Shown here: positions 14,625 to 28,400 of the stretch, piece after piece | How positions within the stretch are numbered: position 1 is the stretch's first letter | Layout of the letters: every line of letters begins with the position of its first letter | Assembly: GCA_964016885.1 (NCBI GenBank) | Contig: OZ024763.1 | Coordinates: forward strand, 25,482,001 to 25,546,000 | Source of the DNA: Eledone cirrhosa | Taxonomy: Eukaryota | Length of the DNA stretch: 64,000 bases | Direction: 5' to 3' | The notes under the pieces: generated by a model | What the model was told of the DNA's origin: nothing | Database searches by the model: none | Seen by the model: the letters and a program-made list of their open reading frames with translations, nothing else | Position numbers and translations under genes: made by a program

Positions 14625-16755
14625 TTGTTGTTTACTGGCCTTCTACAAGACTGCATCTCTTAGGAGGTTTCTTCAGTGTTTTAATGATAGGGGTCCCAGT
14701 CCTATCATGCTGTTGTTGTTGTTATTACAGCTCACACCTATGAAACCATAGCTGGCCTTCTATAAGAAATTTCTTGGGTGTTTTAATGATGGAGGCCCCA
14801 GTCGTATGGTGTTGTTGTTGTTGTTATTGTAGCTAACACCTATGAATGTTTAGCAGGCCTTCTACAAAGTCGCATGACATAGATTTCTTGGATGTTTTAA
14901 TGATAGAGGCCCCAGTCCTATCATGGTGGTGTTGTTGTTGTTATAGCTCATACTTAAGGATGTTTAGTTGGTCCTCTACAAGGTCACATCTCATACGAGG
15001 TTTCTTGGATGTTTTAATGCTAGGGGCCCCAGTCCTATCATGGTGTTGTTGTTGTTGTTATAGCTCACACTTAAGGATGTTTAGTTGGTCCTCTACAAAG
15101 TCACATCTCATACGAGGTTTCTTGGATGTTTTAATGATAGGGGCCCCAGTCCTATAATGGTGTTGTTGTTGTTGTTATAGCTCACACTTAAGGATGTTTA
15201 GTTGGTCCTCTACAAAGTCACATCTCATACGAGGTTTCTTGGATGTTTTAATGATAGGGGCCCCAGTCCTATAATGGTGTTGTTGTTGTTGTTATAGCTC
15301 ACTTAAGGATGTTTAGTTGGTCCTCTACAAAGTCACATCTCATACGAGGTTTCTTGGATGTTTTAATGATAGGGGCCCCAGTCCTATAATGGTGTTGTTG
15401 TTGTTGTTATAGCTCACACTTAAGGATGTTTAGTTGGTCCTCTACAAAGTCACATCTCATACGAGGTTTCTTGGATGTTTTAATGATAGGGGCCCCAGTC
15501 CTATAATGGTGTTGTTGTTGTTGTTATAGCTCACACTTAAGGATGTTTAGCTGGCCCTCTACAAGGTCACATCTCATACAAGGTTTCTTGGATGTTTTAA
15601 TGATAGGGCCCCAGTCCTATCATGTTGTTGTTGTTGTTGTTATAGCTCACACTTAAGGATGTTTAGTTGGTCCTCTACAAAGTCACATCTCATACAAGGT
15701 TTCTTGGATGTTTTAATGATAGGGCCCCAGTCCTATCATGGTGTTGTTGTTGTTGTTATAGCTCACACTTAAGGATGTTTAGTTGGTCCTCTACAAGGTC
15801 ACATCTCATACGAGGTTTCTTGGATGTTTTAATGATAGGGGCCCCAGCCCTATCATGGTGTTGTTGTTGTTGTTATAACTCACACTTAAGGATGTTTAGC
15901 TGGCCCTCCTACAAGCTCACATCTCATGAGGTTTCTTGAGTGTTTTAATGATAGGGACCCCAGTCCTATCATGGTGTTGTTGTTGTTGTTATAGCTCACA
16001 CTTAAGGATGTTTAGCTGGTCCTCTACAAGGTCACATCTCTTACGAGGTTTCTTGGATGTTTTAATGCTAGGGGCCCCAGTCCTATCATGGTGTTGTTGT
16101 TGTTGTTGTATGAATGTTTAGCTGGTCCTCTACAAGCTTGTAACTTATAGGAGGTTTCTTGGATGTTTTAATGATAGGGCCCCAGTCCTATCATGTTGTT
16201 GTTGTTATTGTTATAGCTCACACTTAAGGATGTTTAGCTGGTCCTCTACAAGGTCACATCTCATACAAGGTTTCTTGGATGTTTTAATGATAGGGCCCCA
16301 GTCCTATCATGGTGTTGTTGTTGTTGTTATAGCTCACACTTAAGGATGTTTAGCTGGCCCTCTACAAGGTCACATCTTATAGGAGATTTCTTGAGTGTTT
16401 TAATGAAAGGAGCCCCAGTCCTATCATGTTGTTGTTGTTGTTGTTATAGTTCACACTTAAGGATGTTTAGCTGGCCCTCTACAAGGTCACATCTTATAGG
16501 AGATTTCTTGAGTGTTTTAATAGTAGGGGCCCCAGTCCTATCATGTTGTTGTTGTTGTTATAGCTCACACTTAAGGATGTTTAGTTGGTCCTCTACAAGG
16601 TCACATCTTATAGGAGGTTTCTTGAGTGTTTTAATAGTAGGGGCCCAAGTCCTATCATGTTGTTGTTATAGCTCACACCTATAGATGTTTAGCTAGTCTA
16701 CTACAAGGCTACATTTCAGAGGAGGTTTCTTGGGTGTTTTAATGATAAAGAGCCC
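14625..16755. repeat. ~117-bp minisatellite with an internal (TTG)n, ~18 copies
   Basis: Recurring TTATAGCTCACACTTAAGGATGTTTAG...GGGCCCCAGTCCTAT. Confidence 0.95.
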
Positions 16756-17179
16756 CCAAATCTTGCTGTGAGGTTCAGCAATGGAAAGAGTAGAATAGAG
16801 TTATTGACATTGGAAGGGAGAGATGGGGGTAGAGGAGGGGATAGAGGAGGAAGAGGGGGAGGAGGAGATATGAGGAAGGGGGGGGGGAGAAGGAGAGGTG
16901 GGTGAATGAAGAGGCGGAGGGGTAGAGGGGGATAGAGGGAGAAAAGGGGGCAGGAGGAAGAAGAGGGGAGGGTGGGGAGAGGTGGGGTGAAGGAGGAGGA
17001 GGAAGAGAAGGAGCAAGAAGAAAAGAAGAGGCAGGAGGGGGAGGAAGAGGAGCTAGAGAATTATGTGAGACTTGAATGGGGTGGAGGGTAGAGTGGAAAA
17101 GAAGAGAAATTAACAAAAAAAAAATTTTATTTTAATTAAAAAAAAAAAAAAAAGCCGTAACGAAACAGAAACGATATAT

Positions 17180-17361
17180 TTACAAACCCGAACTATACGC
17201 CGGGCTTGCTCTGTAGACTTGCTCCCGGTCAACATGCTGGGTGCTCGTCTGAACATTTCCTCGACATGTCACATGGTGCTCATTAGAGACTTGTTTATTC
17301 TTATTTTCCCAAAGTTTGCGTAAGTGATTGTAAGTGCTTACAAGACATATGCAGTCTTTTG
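17180..17361 (-). CDS. Candidate alternative terminal exon of dvl (AKDCICLVSTYNHLRKLW...RASPAYSSGL*)
   Basis: Long U-rich tract plus tttgcag acceptor, phase-1 compatible open frame of 60 codons, AATAAA at 17126-17131, unique sequence; no expression data. Confidence 0.5.
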
Positions 17362-19751
17362 CTGCAAAACAACAAACAAAAAACAAAACAAAAAAAAAAA
17401 GTCTTTTGCATTCTCCAAATTACTATTATTAATATTGTTGTTGTTATTATTGTTATTATTTAACCCTTTAGCATTTACATAAATATATACTATTGTATTT
17501 TCACGGTAAAGGCTTTACCTCACATAATTACCATATTTCCTGGCGCCGAAAAACTTCTTCCTCGAGGATGCACCCTAATTTTGACAACCGAAAATTTGAA
17601 GAAAAAAATTGTTTTTACTTTTGGCACAAGGCCAGCAATTACCCAGTACATTACTGGTACTTTATTTTATCGACCCCGTAAGGATGAAAGGCAAAGTTAA
17701 CCTCGACGGGATCTGAACTCAGACCGTAAAGGGACATAACTATGCTAGAAAGCATGGCCTCCAACACTCTACCGATACTGTCAATTCACCGTCCTTTGAA
17801 AAAAAAATAATAAACAACCTTCGGCCTCCAGGACACATGGGAGATTTTTTAGACTTATTTTTAGGAAAAAAGTAGCATCTTCAACACAGGAAATACAGTA
17901 TTTCACATATCAAATCTATGAGATTTTGATAGTATTTATTTTGAGAACAATACCTTAACATAAGTATGAACAGCCAGTTACGGCTGGTTTGAACAGAAAG
18001 AGGTGAGAGAATTCTGGCCGGTTTAACCCTTTAATATTTACATTGCTCTATATATACTATTGTATTTTCACGGTAAAGGCTATATCTCACATGATATCAA
18101 ATCTCTGAGATTTTGATATTATTTATTTGGAGAACAATACTTTAACATAAGTATGGGCAGCCAGTTACGGCTGGTTTGAACAGAAAGAGGTGAGAGAATT
18201 CTGGCCGGTTTAACCCTTTAGTATTTACATTACTCTCTATATATACGATTGTATGTTCACGATAAAGGCTTTACCTCATATCAAATCTATGAAATTTTGA
18301 TATTATTCATTTTGAGAACAATACCTTAACATCAGTATGAGTGGCCATTTACAGCCAGTTTCGGCCGGTTTAAACAGAAATAGGTAAGAGAATTCTGACC
18401 GGATACAGCCGGTTTAACCCTTCAATATTTACATTACTCTATATATTTACTATTGTATTTTTATGGTAAAGGCTTTACCTCACATATTATTTCACATAAT
18501 ATCGAATCTATGAGATTTTGATATTATTTATTTTGAGAACAATACCTTAACATAAGTATGAGCAGCCAGTTACAGCCAGTTTAAATGCTAAAGGGTTAAA
18601 TTAAAAAATAAAATAAGATATAAAACAAAACAAGATTTTCATGCAGTTAGGGACCCCCCCAAAAAAATATGAAGTTGTTAGAATATTTTTTTTGTGCAGA
18701 ACCCCAAAATTTGGTGTGGAACCGAAGAACGTTTTCATAGAGCCCCGAAATTTCCTTGGCAGATCCCCAGAACATTTTTGGATGAACAGTACAATCAATT
18801 CATAGAACCCCAAAATCATTTTACAGAGCCATTTTTTCTTTTGGCAGAATCCCACAACTTTTCGGACAAACTTCACAATTATTTCATAGACTCCCACAAT
18901 TTTTTTTTGGAGAACCCTCAGGATTTTTTGTAGAACCCCACCAGAATGTCTTTAGTGGAACCCAGATATTTTTTGGTGGAACCCAACAATTTTTTCATGA
19001 AACACCACAATCATTTCATAGGACCTCAGAATTTTTTGGCAAAATCCCACAATATCTTTTTTAATGAAACCCCAAAGCAGTCATAGAGCTGTTTTGTCCA
19101 AAATGTTTATAGAATTTTTACTAGTGGACTGATCTTTGTTACAATTCACAGATTTTAATATCATGCAGCTGTAGTGCCTTTGCATACTGTTCCAGAATGT
19201 ATTACTAATGTAGGTTTAATGGAGTCTCATGTGGCACAAGTTGTTAAGAGTTAAAAAACAACGGACAATTTCAAGGAAAGAATTGCTGGACAGATTTTAC
19301 GGGCAAAACCAACCGGCAGGAGACCCAGGGTACACCCCGAGCAAGATGGTTGGATAACATCCATGAGCTTGGCTGGTCTCGCTCAGGGATCCAGCCGGAT
19401 CTGTTGGAGACGGATGCTTCTGACAGGACCCACTGGAGGGAGTGTTTGAGGTCTCTGCTGCCACCCACCCCCACCCACCCCACTTTATGACCCTCTCAGG
19501 AATAAGTGGGCGAAGAAGAACGCAATTTTAAGTAAATAAATTTTTTTTTTAAATAACAAGGAAGAAGATGAAGATATTGAAAAGCAAAATGAAAGCGATA
19601 ACAAGGGGAAATGAAAAATAGGATGAAATGAAATGAAAAAAAAAATAATAACATTAATAATCAAATGATGCAAGCCATGCAAAGAAGTACCAAAACAGAC
19701 AATAAAAAAAGAAGCTTATATGCTTTGTTAGCACAATATATTCGACCTTAC

Positions 19752-19757
19752 CTTTGG
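19752..19757 (-). CDS. Candidate 6-nt dvl microexon (inserts AK)
   Basis: ctaacctctaaaaatag|CCAAAG|gtaagg; CTAAC branch-like motif, strong donor, phase 1/1. Confidence 0.45.
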
Positions 19758-19904
19758 CTATTTTTAGAGGTTAGATTTTTAAAGAGAGTAAAGAACTGTC
19801 ATGTAATAAATTATTAAAATTTTCGATAACAATGATTTTTTTTTTTTTATATTTTTATTAATTTTATTTTAAGCCGATTAATAATAATTTATTTATTTAT
19901 ACCA

Positions 19905-19948
<44 letters not shown>

Positions 19949-20083
19949 TTGCTATAGTCATTTTTATCATATCATCATCATCATCATCATTATCATTATA
20001 TTGATCTCTCTCTCTCTTTCTTTCTCTGTCTTAGTATATATTAATAAAATATTCTTATTGTGGTTGGCATTGAATGGTGATGG

Positions 20084-20115
<32 letters not shown>

Positions 20116-23100
20116 GCGATGTTCATTGGGGTGATGATGATGATGATGATGATGATGAACAGGTACATCATTTCTTAATAACTTCTCCCCCCCCCCCCCA
20201 AAAAAAAAACTGCCATACTGAAATTGAAGGCTTGGTTTTCAATAATAGATGATGATGATGTTGATAATAATGATGGCCATGACAATTAGGATGATGATGA
20301 TGACATATATATTTTCTTCATAACTACCCCCCCAAAAAAATTGTTATACATATATAGATGACAATGATGATGATGACAAAATAACATCAATGGTGGTTAT
20401 GATAATGATGATAAAATAACGATAATAGTGATGATGATGATGATGAGAATAAAAAAATAGTGATGATGATGACGAAATAACAACAGGTGGTGATGATGAT
20501 GATGATGAGGAGGTGGAGGAAGTGGGTCCATTTCTATCATTGCAGTGACCACCACAAAAAGCATTCAAAGATGCATTCTCTACTCTACTCTTCTTTTTCT
20601 TTGCTACCCACTTATTCCTGAGAGGGCTGTGGAGGCAGAGTCCTCAACTACTCTCTCCAGGGGATCCTGTCAGAAGCAACCGTCTCCAACTGAGACCAGC
20701 CAAGCTCATGAATGTTATCCAACCATCTTGTTCGGGGTCTAGCTCGGAGTCTACCCCTAAGACTCCTGTCGGTTGGTTTTGCCTGTAAAATCTGTCCAGT
20801 GATTCTTTCCTAAGACATTCTAACCACATGTCCATAGTATTGGAGCTGTGATCTCTCAATTCAGAGAAGTAGCAGCTCTACCTGGAGTGACTCTCTGATC
20901 TTCAAACCACAAATCTGTCCAATGATTCTTTCCTTAGACATTCTAAACACATTCCCACAGTAGCAGAGCTGTGATCTCTTAATTTGGAGAAGTAGCAGCT
21001 CTACCTGGAGTGACTCTCCCAGCTATGCACTCCATTTAGTAACATTCCTCAATGACCCTTCGGAGGAGCCCCATTTCGCCCACTTGTATTTGTAATTGTA
21101 TTCTTTCAGAATTTTACCCAAGATTCAAAACCATAACTATGGGTTGGTACAAATACCGAATTGAAGACAGCGAGTTTGTCTTTTACACCTACCTCCCTTC
21201 TGATTGTTAAGTACTAAAGCTGGCGCATTATTGCACCAGCTCCTGCAATTCTTGCAAACAATTGAAATTAAGCCCTTAGATACCAACTCCCCTAAAACTT
21301 CTTCGGGTTCTACAAAACAACCCCTTTTTTAACCTTTTAGCATTTACATTACTCTATATTTACTATTGTATTTAGACGGTTAACACTTTATCTCACATAA
21401 TATCGAATCTATGAGATTTTGATATTATTTATTTTGAGACTAATACCTTAACATAGATATGAGCAGTTGGCTACAGCCGGTTTGAACAGAAAGAGGTGAG
21501 AGGATTCTGACCAGATACAGACGATTCAACCCTTTAGTATTTACATTACTCTATATTTACTATTGTATTTTCACGGTAAAGGTTTTATCTCACATAATAT
21601 TTCATATATCGAATCTATGAGATTTTGATGTCATTTATTTTGAGAACAATACCTTAACATCAGTATAAGTGGCAAGTTATTACTGGTTTAAACAGAAAGA
21701 GGTGAGAGGATTCTGACCAGATACGGCTGGTTTAGATGCTAAAGGGTTAAAGGATTTTTATCTAAATCGAAAAACATTCCATCCGACACAATTTTACTAT
21801 TTAAATCATCATCATCATCATCTTCATTGTTATTCTACATGGCTCCTCCATACTTGCATGGGTTGGACAGGTCCTTTACAACAGAGTATCACCCTTACTT
21901 GTGTTCCTTTGACCTATGAACTTCAGCGATTTTAGATCCCCCTCCCCCCCACACACACACAACCTCCACCCTGGCTAAATTTGATAGTGGTGATAATGAT
22001 GATGACGGTTGGGGTCATGGTAGTGGTCATGGTGGTGGTGGTGGTGGTGGTCATGGTCATCGTCATTGTTGTGATGGTGAAGATGGTGGTAGTGGTCTTG
22101 ACTGTTGTGATGGTGATAGACATTGTTGTAATGGTGAAGGTGGTGGTGGCGGTGGTCTTGACTGTTGTAATGGTGGTGGTGGTGGTGGTGGTAGTGGTGG
22201 TTGCTGTCATAATTGTTGTGATGGTGAAGAAGGTGGTGGTGGTGATGGTTATAGTGACAATAATGATGGTGGTGGTGTTGTTGTTGTTGTTGTTGGTGAT
22301 GGAGATGGTGTAGGAGGTGATATTGGTAGTGGTGATGTGAACATACTAACAACACAGGCCAACATGGCCTCTGTATAATAATAATAACAACAATAATATC
22401 GAAACATAGACACAAAGAAAAAAAAGAAGGGGAAGGAAAAGAGAGGGAGTGAGGAAAAGGGCAGAGAGAAAAGAGAGAGAGAGAGATAGATAGATAGATA
22501 GATAGATAGAGATAGAGGGTAAAAGTGAAAGGAGGGAGAGAAAGAAATGGAAGGAGACTGGGATAGGGCAGAGAAAGAGAGAGAGAAAGAGAAAGAGAGA
22601 GAGAGAAAGAGAGAGAGAAAGAGAGAAAGAGGGAGAGAGAGAGAAGGTGATAGGAAGTGAAATAAGGAAGGTGCAACAGAGGAGTGAAAGAGGAAATCTA
22701 AAGGATGAAGGACAGACGGGGGAGAGAGGGAGAGAGAGGGAAATCTATGAGCGGGGGAGGGGGTTAAAATGGTGTGGGTAGGGGCTGTAAAAAAAAAGAA
22801 AACAAAAACAAAACAGATGGAGGAGAGGGAGAGAGAAAATTTAAAAGATCAAAGAGGGGGGGGGGGGGGCAAATTAAAATACGAAATTTGAAGGGGGGGG
22901 GGGTGAGCAGGGGTAGAGGCGGGGAACAAGTGTGTAAAAAAAGAAAAAGAAAGAGAACAACAAGAACAAAAAACCTTCCGGAAAAAAAAAATACAAGAAA
23001 TAATAATGGTTTCTTATATAGGCACAAAGCCAGCAATTTGGGGGGAGGGGAAAGTCGATAAAATCGACCCCAGTGCGTAACTGGTACCTTATTTTATCGA

Positions 23101-23561
23101 CCCCGTAAGGATGAAAGGCAAAGTTAACCTCGGTGGGATTTGAACTCAGACCATAGAGGGCCGTAACTCTTTACTGCAAAGCATGGTGTCCGACCCTCTA
23201 CCGATACTGCCAATCCACCGCCCCTTTATAATAATAATAATAATGATTTCTTTATTGGCCACAAGGGCTGACATCAAGCAAAACATTACAGACGGCACAA
23301 TGTGGGTTTTGTGCGTGTAAAGATTTTTATTATTTGGATTGGCAGTATCGGTAGAGGGTCGGACGCCATGCTTTGACGCATAGAGTTACGGCCCTTGCCA
23401 CTCTGAGTTCAAATCCCGCCGAGGTTCACTTTGCCTTTCATTCTTACGGGGGTCGATAAAATAAAGTACCAGTAATGCACTGGGGGGGTTAATTGCTGGC
23501 CTTGTGCCAAAAAGTAGAAACAATTATTTATATAAGAAAATAAAAAAAAAAAGTGTCTTAC

Positions 23562-23885
23562 CTGAGCCACTATGTACACTGCCAGCACTTCCGTTTCCAC
23601 CTCCCCCGCCGCCGCCGCCGCCTCCTCCTCCTCCTCCGACGCCGCTCCCCACGCCCCCTATGGCACTGGGGGGCCCTCCGCAGCCGTCGACGAAGCTGCC
23701 CACGTAGCTGGTGGTGTCGGTGTTGGTGTAGCAGTAGGGCGGAACATAACTGAGGTTCTGTGGCAGGTAGCTGGAACTGCTGTAGGGGTACTGGTTATTC
23801 CAGGTGGGCGGCGGCAGGGGAGCCAGGGTGTCGCGGTCCGCCTCCGACACCGAGTCCACGTCCTCTAGACTGAGGGAGGAGAAAT
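23562..23885 (-). CDS. dvl: Dishevelled exon, post-DEP region (FSSLSLEDVDSVSEADRDTLAPLPPP...poly-Gly...SAGSVHSGS)
   Basis: S..D.DTLAPLP motif conserved in Dvl; gtcacag / GTAAG; 324 nt, phase 1/1; GC-rich island. Confidence 0.9.
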
Positions 23886-23935
23886 CTGTGACGACGAAGA
23901 AAAGGAAAGAAAAACAACACATTAACATTATTGTA

Positions 23936-24634
23936 ATGATGATGATGATGATGATGGTGGAGGTGGCGGTGATGATGGAGGTGGTGGTGGTGGTGGTGGT
24001 GGTGATGATGGAGGTGGTGGTGGTGGTGGTGGTGGTGATGATGGAGGTGGTGGTGGTGGTGGTGGTGGTGGTGATGATGGTGGTGGTGGTGGTGATGGTG
24101 GTGATGATGATGGAGGTGGTGGTGGTGGTGGTGATGATGGTGGTGGTGATGGTGGTGGTGGTGGTGGTGGTGGTGGTGGTGGTGGTGGTGGTGGTGGTGG
24201 TGATGATGGAGGTGGTGGTGGTGGTGGTGGTGGTGATGATGATGGGGGTGGTGGTGGTGGTGGTGGTGGTGATGATGATGGAGGTGGCGGTGATGATGAT
24301 GGAGGTGGCGGTGATGATGGTGGTGATGATGGTGGTGGTGGTGGTGGTGGTGATGGTGGTGATGATGGTGGAGGTGGTGACGATGATGATGGTGGTGGTG
24401 GTGGTGGTGGTGGTGGTGATGATGGAGGTGGTGGTGGTGGTGATGATGGAGGTGGTGGTGGTGGTGGTGGTGATGATAGTGGTGATGATGGTGGTGGTGA
24501 CGGTGATGATGATGATTATGATGATGATGGAGGTGGTGGTGGTGGTGGTGGTGATGATAGTGGTGATGATGGTGGTGGTGACGATGATGATGATGATTAT
24601 GATGATGATGGTAGTGGTGGTGATAATGATGATT

Positions 24635-24666
<32 letters not shown>

Positions 24667-24844
24667 AGTGATGATGATGGCGGTGGTGGTGATGATGATG
24701 GTGGTGGTGACGATGATGATGATTATGATGATGGTGGTGGTGGTGGTGGTGGTAGTAGTGATGATGATGGCGGTGGTGGTGATGATGATGATTATGAAGA
24801 TGGTGGTGGTGATGATGGTGGTGGTGGTGACGATGATTATGATT

Positions 24845-24876
<32 letters not shown>

Positions 24877-24932
24877 GATGATGGAGGTGGTGGTGATGGT
24901 GGTGGTGGTGATGATGATGATGATGGTGATGA
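23936..24932. repeat. ~1-kb compound (GGT/GAT)n trinucleotide tract
   Basis: Direct inspection; similar tracts at 6600-7450, 21990-22340, 44110-44905, 62207-62870. Confidence 0.95.
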
Positions 24933-25287
24933 TAAGGGCCATAACTCTATGGCACGAAGCATGGTGTCTGACATTCTACCAATCGTGATGATGATGATGA
25001 TAATGATGATAATGATAATGATGATAAGGGCCGTAACTCTATGCCGCAAAGCATGGTGTCAGACGCTCTACCAATCAAGATGATTGAAATGATGATGATA
25101 ATGATGATGAAATGATGATGATGATGATGATGAAATTATGATGATGATGGTGGTGATGATGATGATTGAAATTGTGATGGTGGTGATGATGATGATGGTG
25201 ATGATGGTGATGATAATGATGATGATTGCAAAGATTATGATTAGTAAGAAATACTGAATGCATAAATCATATATGTGTATAGATACC

Positions 25288-25318
<31 letters not shown>

Positions 25319-25494
25319 ACACACACACACACACACACATATAGATATATGTATGTAAACATACATATATACATACATACATACATACATACATGCACAT
25401 GCATACAAGCAATTTATTGTCGTCATCATGTAAATGCATATGTGTATATATATTTATATATGTGTGTATATGTGAGAGTGTCTGTGTGTGTGTA

Positions 25495-28400
25495 TCATCA
25501 TCACCGTTTTACGTCCGTTCTTCCACGCTAGCATGGGTTAGACGGGTTGTCCTGTTGTGGGCAGTGTCTGGTCGGCTGACCATGCCTTGCTCATACAGGA
25601 ACTGATCTGGCTTGATTTCTACAGCTGGATGCCCTTCCTAACACCAACCTCATTTACAGTGAGTGCTGGGTGCTTTTTCGTGGCGCCTACACGTCCACTT
25701 TACAGTGTGGGCTGGGTGCTTTTTTGCCGTGGCACCTCCACGGCCACCTTGCGGGGGGGGGGGGGGGGGGGGCATATTGTTTATATGCTTCAGCATGTAC
25801 CCATGGGAGGTCGGGTACCCTGTATTACTGCGTGACGCCAGAAGTCACGGTCGTGCGTCATTGACTTTGAGAGGTGTAGTTGGGTAAGGTCGGCTTTTAT
25901 CACCTCATCCCAAGTCATCTTGGGTCTCCCCACTCCGCGGTTTCCATCAACTTCTAGTGCTCTGCACCTTTTTATGCAGCTGTCATCCTTCATACGCATC
26001 ACATGTCCATACCAGCGTAACCGCCTCTCCTGCACGCAGCATTTGATTCCTCTTATGCTCAGTCTCTCTCTCAATTCCTTTATGCTTTGTCGTTCACGTA
26101 TATTACTGTTACACATCCATCGGAGCATGCAGGCTTCGTTTCTCTCTAATCTACGTAAGTCTTCCACCTTCAGCGCCCAGGTCTCACTACCATGCAACAT
26201 CGCTGTTCGGATACACGCATCATACAGTCTGCCTTTCATTCTGAGGGAGAAGCCTTTTGCAGCTAGCAGTGGTAGTAGTTCCCTAAACTTCTTCCATCCC
26301 GTTCTTACCCTAGTTATTGTACTTTCTGAGCACCCACCTCCGTTGCTAATTCGGTCACCTAGGTAGCAGAAGCTGTCTACTGTTTCTACAGGGCCCTCCC
26401 AGAGATTGGTGGTACTTGTTTCCTGTGGCTGTTTGCTTGCTGTTTCAGCACAGCTGCTGCATGTGAATCCTACATTCTTAATTAAGCTTCCTGAGATCCC
26501 GCTACATCTCTTGTGTACCCATTGTTTGCATTTGGGGCAGAGAATGGAGTTCCTACCTACACCTTTCCTACATACTGAGCAAGGCCATTTCCCTGAGGGG
26601 ATCTGGGTTCTGTTTTCTCGTCTACTTACAAGGACCTTAGTCTTTGTCATGTTGACTTTGAGGCCCTTTCTCTCTAGTCCCTGCTTCCAGGTTTGGAATT
26701 TATTCTCTAGTTCTACCATAGATTCAGCTATGAGTGCGAGGTCATCAGCATACAGGAGTTCCCATGGGCATCCGGTCTTAAACTCCTCCGTTATTGCCTG
26801 CAGGACTATGATGAACAGGAGAGGGCTAAGAACAGAGCCCTGGTGGACCCCAACCTGTACGCTAAATTCCTCGCTATACTCATTGCCAATCCTAACTTTG
26901 CTGACTGCTCCCCTATACATGGCTTGTACCGCTTTCACAAGCCATTCATCTACTCCTAGTTTTCTAAGAGCCCACCAGATTACTGCACGTGGAACTCTGT
27001 CAAAGGCTTTCTCAAGGTCGACAAATGCCAAGTAGAGTGGCTTACTTTTAGCTAGGTACTTTTCCTGTAATTGCCTCACAAGGAAGAGCGCATCAGTGGT
27101 GCCTTTCCCTGGAACAAACCCAAATTGCATCTCGTCTATATTCACCCGGTCCCTAATCAGCTGTGCTATAACTCTTTCTGTTACTTTCATGACCTGGTCC
27201 ATCAACTTTATACCTCTATAGTTTCCTCTATCTAGTGCATCGCCTTTACCTTTGTAGCAGTTGACAATGATGCTACTGCACCAATCTTTTGGTATGGCCC
27301 CCTCTAGTATTACCTGGTTAACGATACGTGTGGTTATAGTGTGACCTACAGACCCAGATGCCTTCAGCATCTCGGCAGCTATACCCGATGGACCGGTTGC
27401 CTTCCCTATCTTCATATCTCTGATTGCCTTACTTACTACGCTGCCGCTGACTTGTACTGCTGGTCCCTCTATAGGGTCTACGTGGGGTAGGGTCTCTTCT
27501 TCCCATGCATTCTCCTCATTTAGTAATCTATCATAATGACTCTTCCATGCATCTTTCTTCTCAGCACTTGTGAGGGCAAGCTCACCTTTATCATTCCGGA
27601 TACACTTCTCTCCAATGACATCACAACTATCTCTGACACACTGCCTCGCAATCTTGAATACCTCCTGTTTCTGGTCCTCACGTTGTAAAACATGCTTGAA
27701 TTTTCTATCCTCTGCTTCCCTCCTAGCTAAGTATACTTGTCGCCTAGCTTCCCTCTTGGTCTCTATGTAATGTACCCTGCTCCCCCCGTTCTTCCATTCT
27801 TTCCATGCCTGTCTCTTGGCCTTGACTGCTTCATCTACCTTATTGTTCCACCACCAAGTCACTCTCCTCCTGCTTGAGGTCTTACTCCAGCCACAAACCT
27901 CATCCGTCGCCTCTAGTAAGTTATTTTTTAGGAACTCCCAGTTCTCTTCTACGTTAAATGTCTCTATCTGTTCTTCTTTACTGTCGTAGGCGTTGAGTAA
28001 AATATCTTTAAATCTGTTACTGGTTGAGGGGACTTTCAGCTTCCAGATCTTTCTTCTCCAGGTTGGCCTCTGTTTCAGGGCTCGTCTAGTTCTGACCGTG
28101 AGGTCGCTGACAACTAAGCTATGTTGGGATGTACATTCCTCACTAGGGAAGGCTTTTGTGTTTACGACCGTCCATCTGTCACGTCCTCTGATGAGGATAA
28201 AATCTAACTGACTAGAGTGCTCCCCTGATCTATAGGTGATCAGGTGGTTGTCGGGTTTTTTAAAGTTTGTGTTACATATCGACATGTCATTGGCGTCGCA
28301 GAATTCTAGAAGTCTGAATCCTTCCTCATTCCTTGTGCCAACTCCATGGCCTCCATGTACTCTATTGAAGCCGTCGCAGTGTTTACCTACGTGCCCGTTA

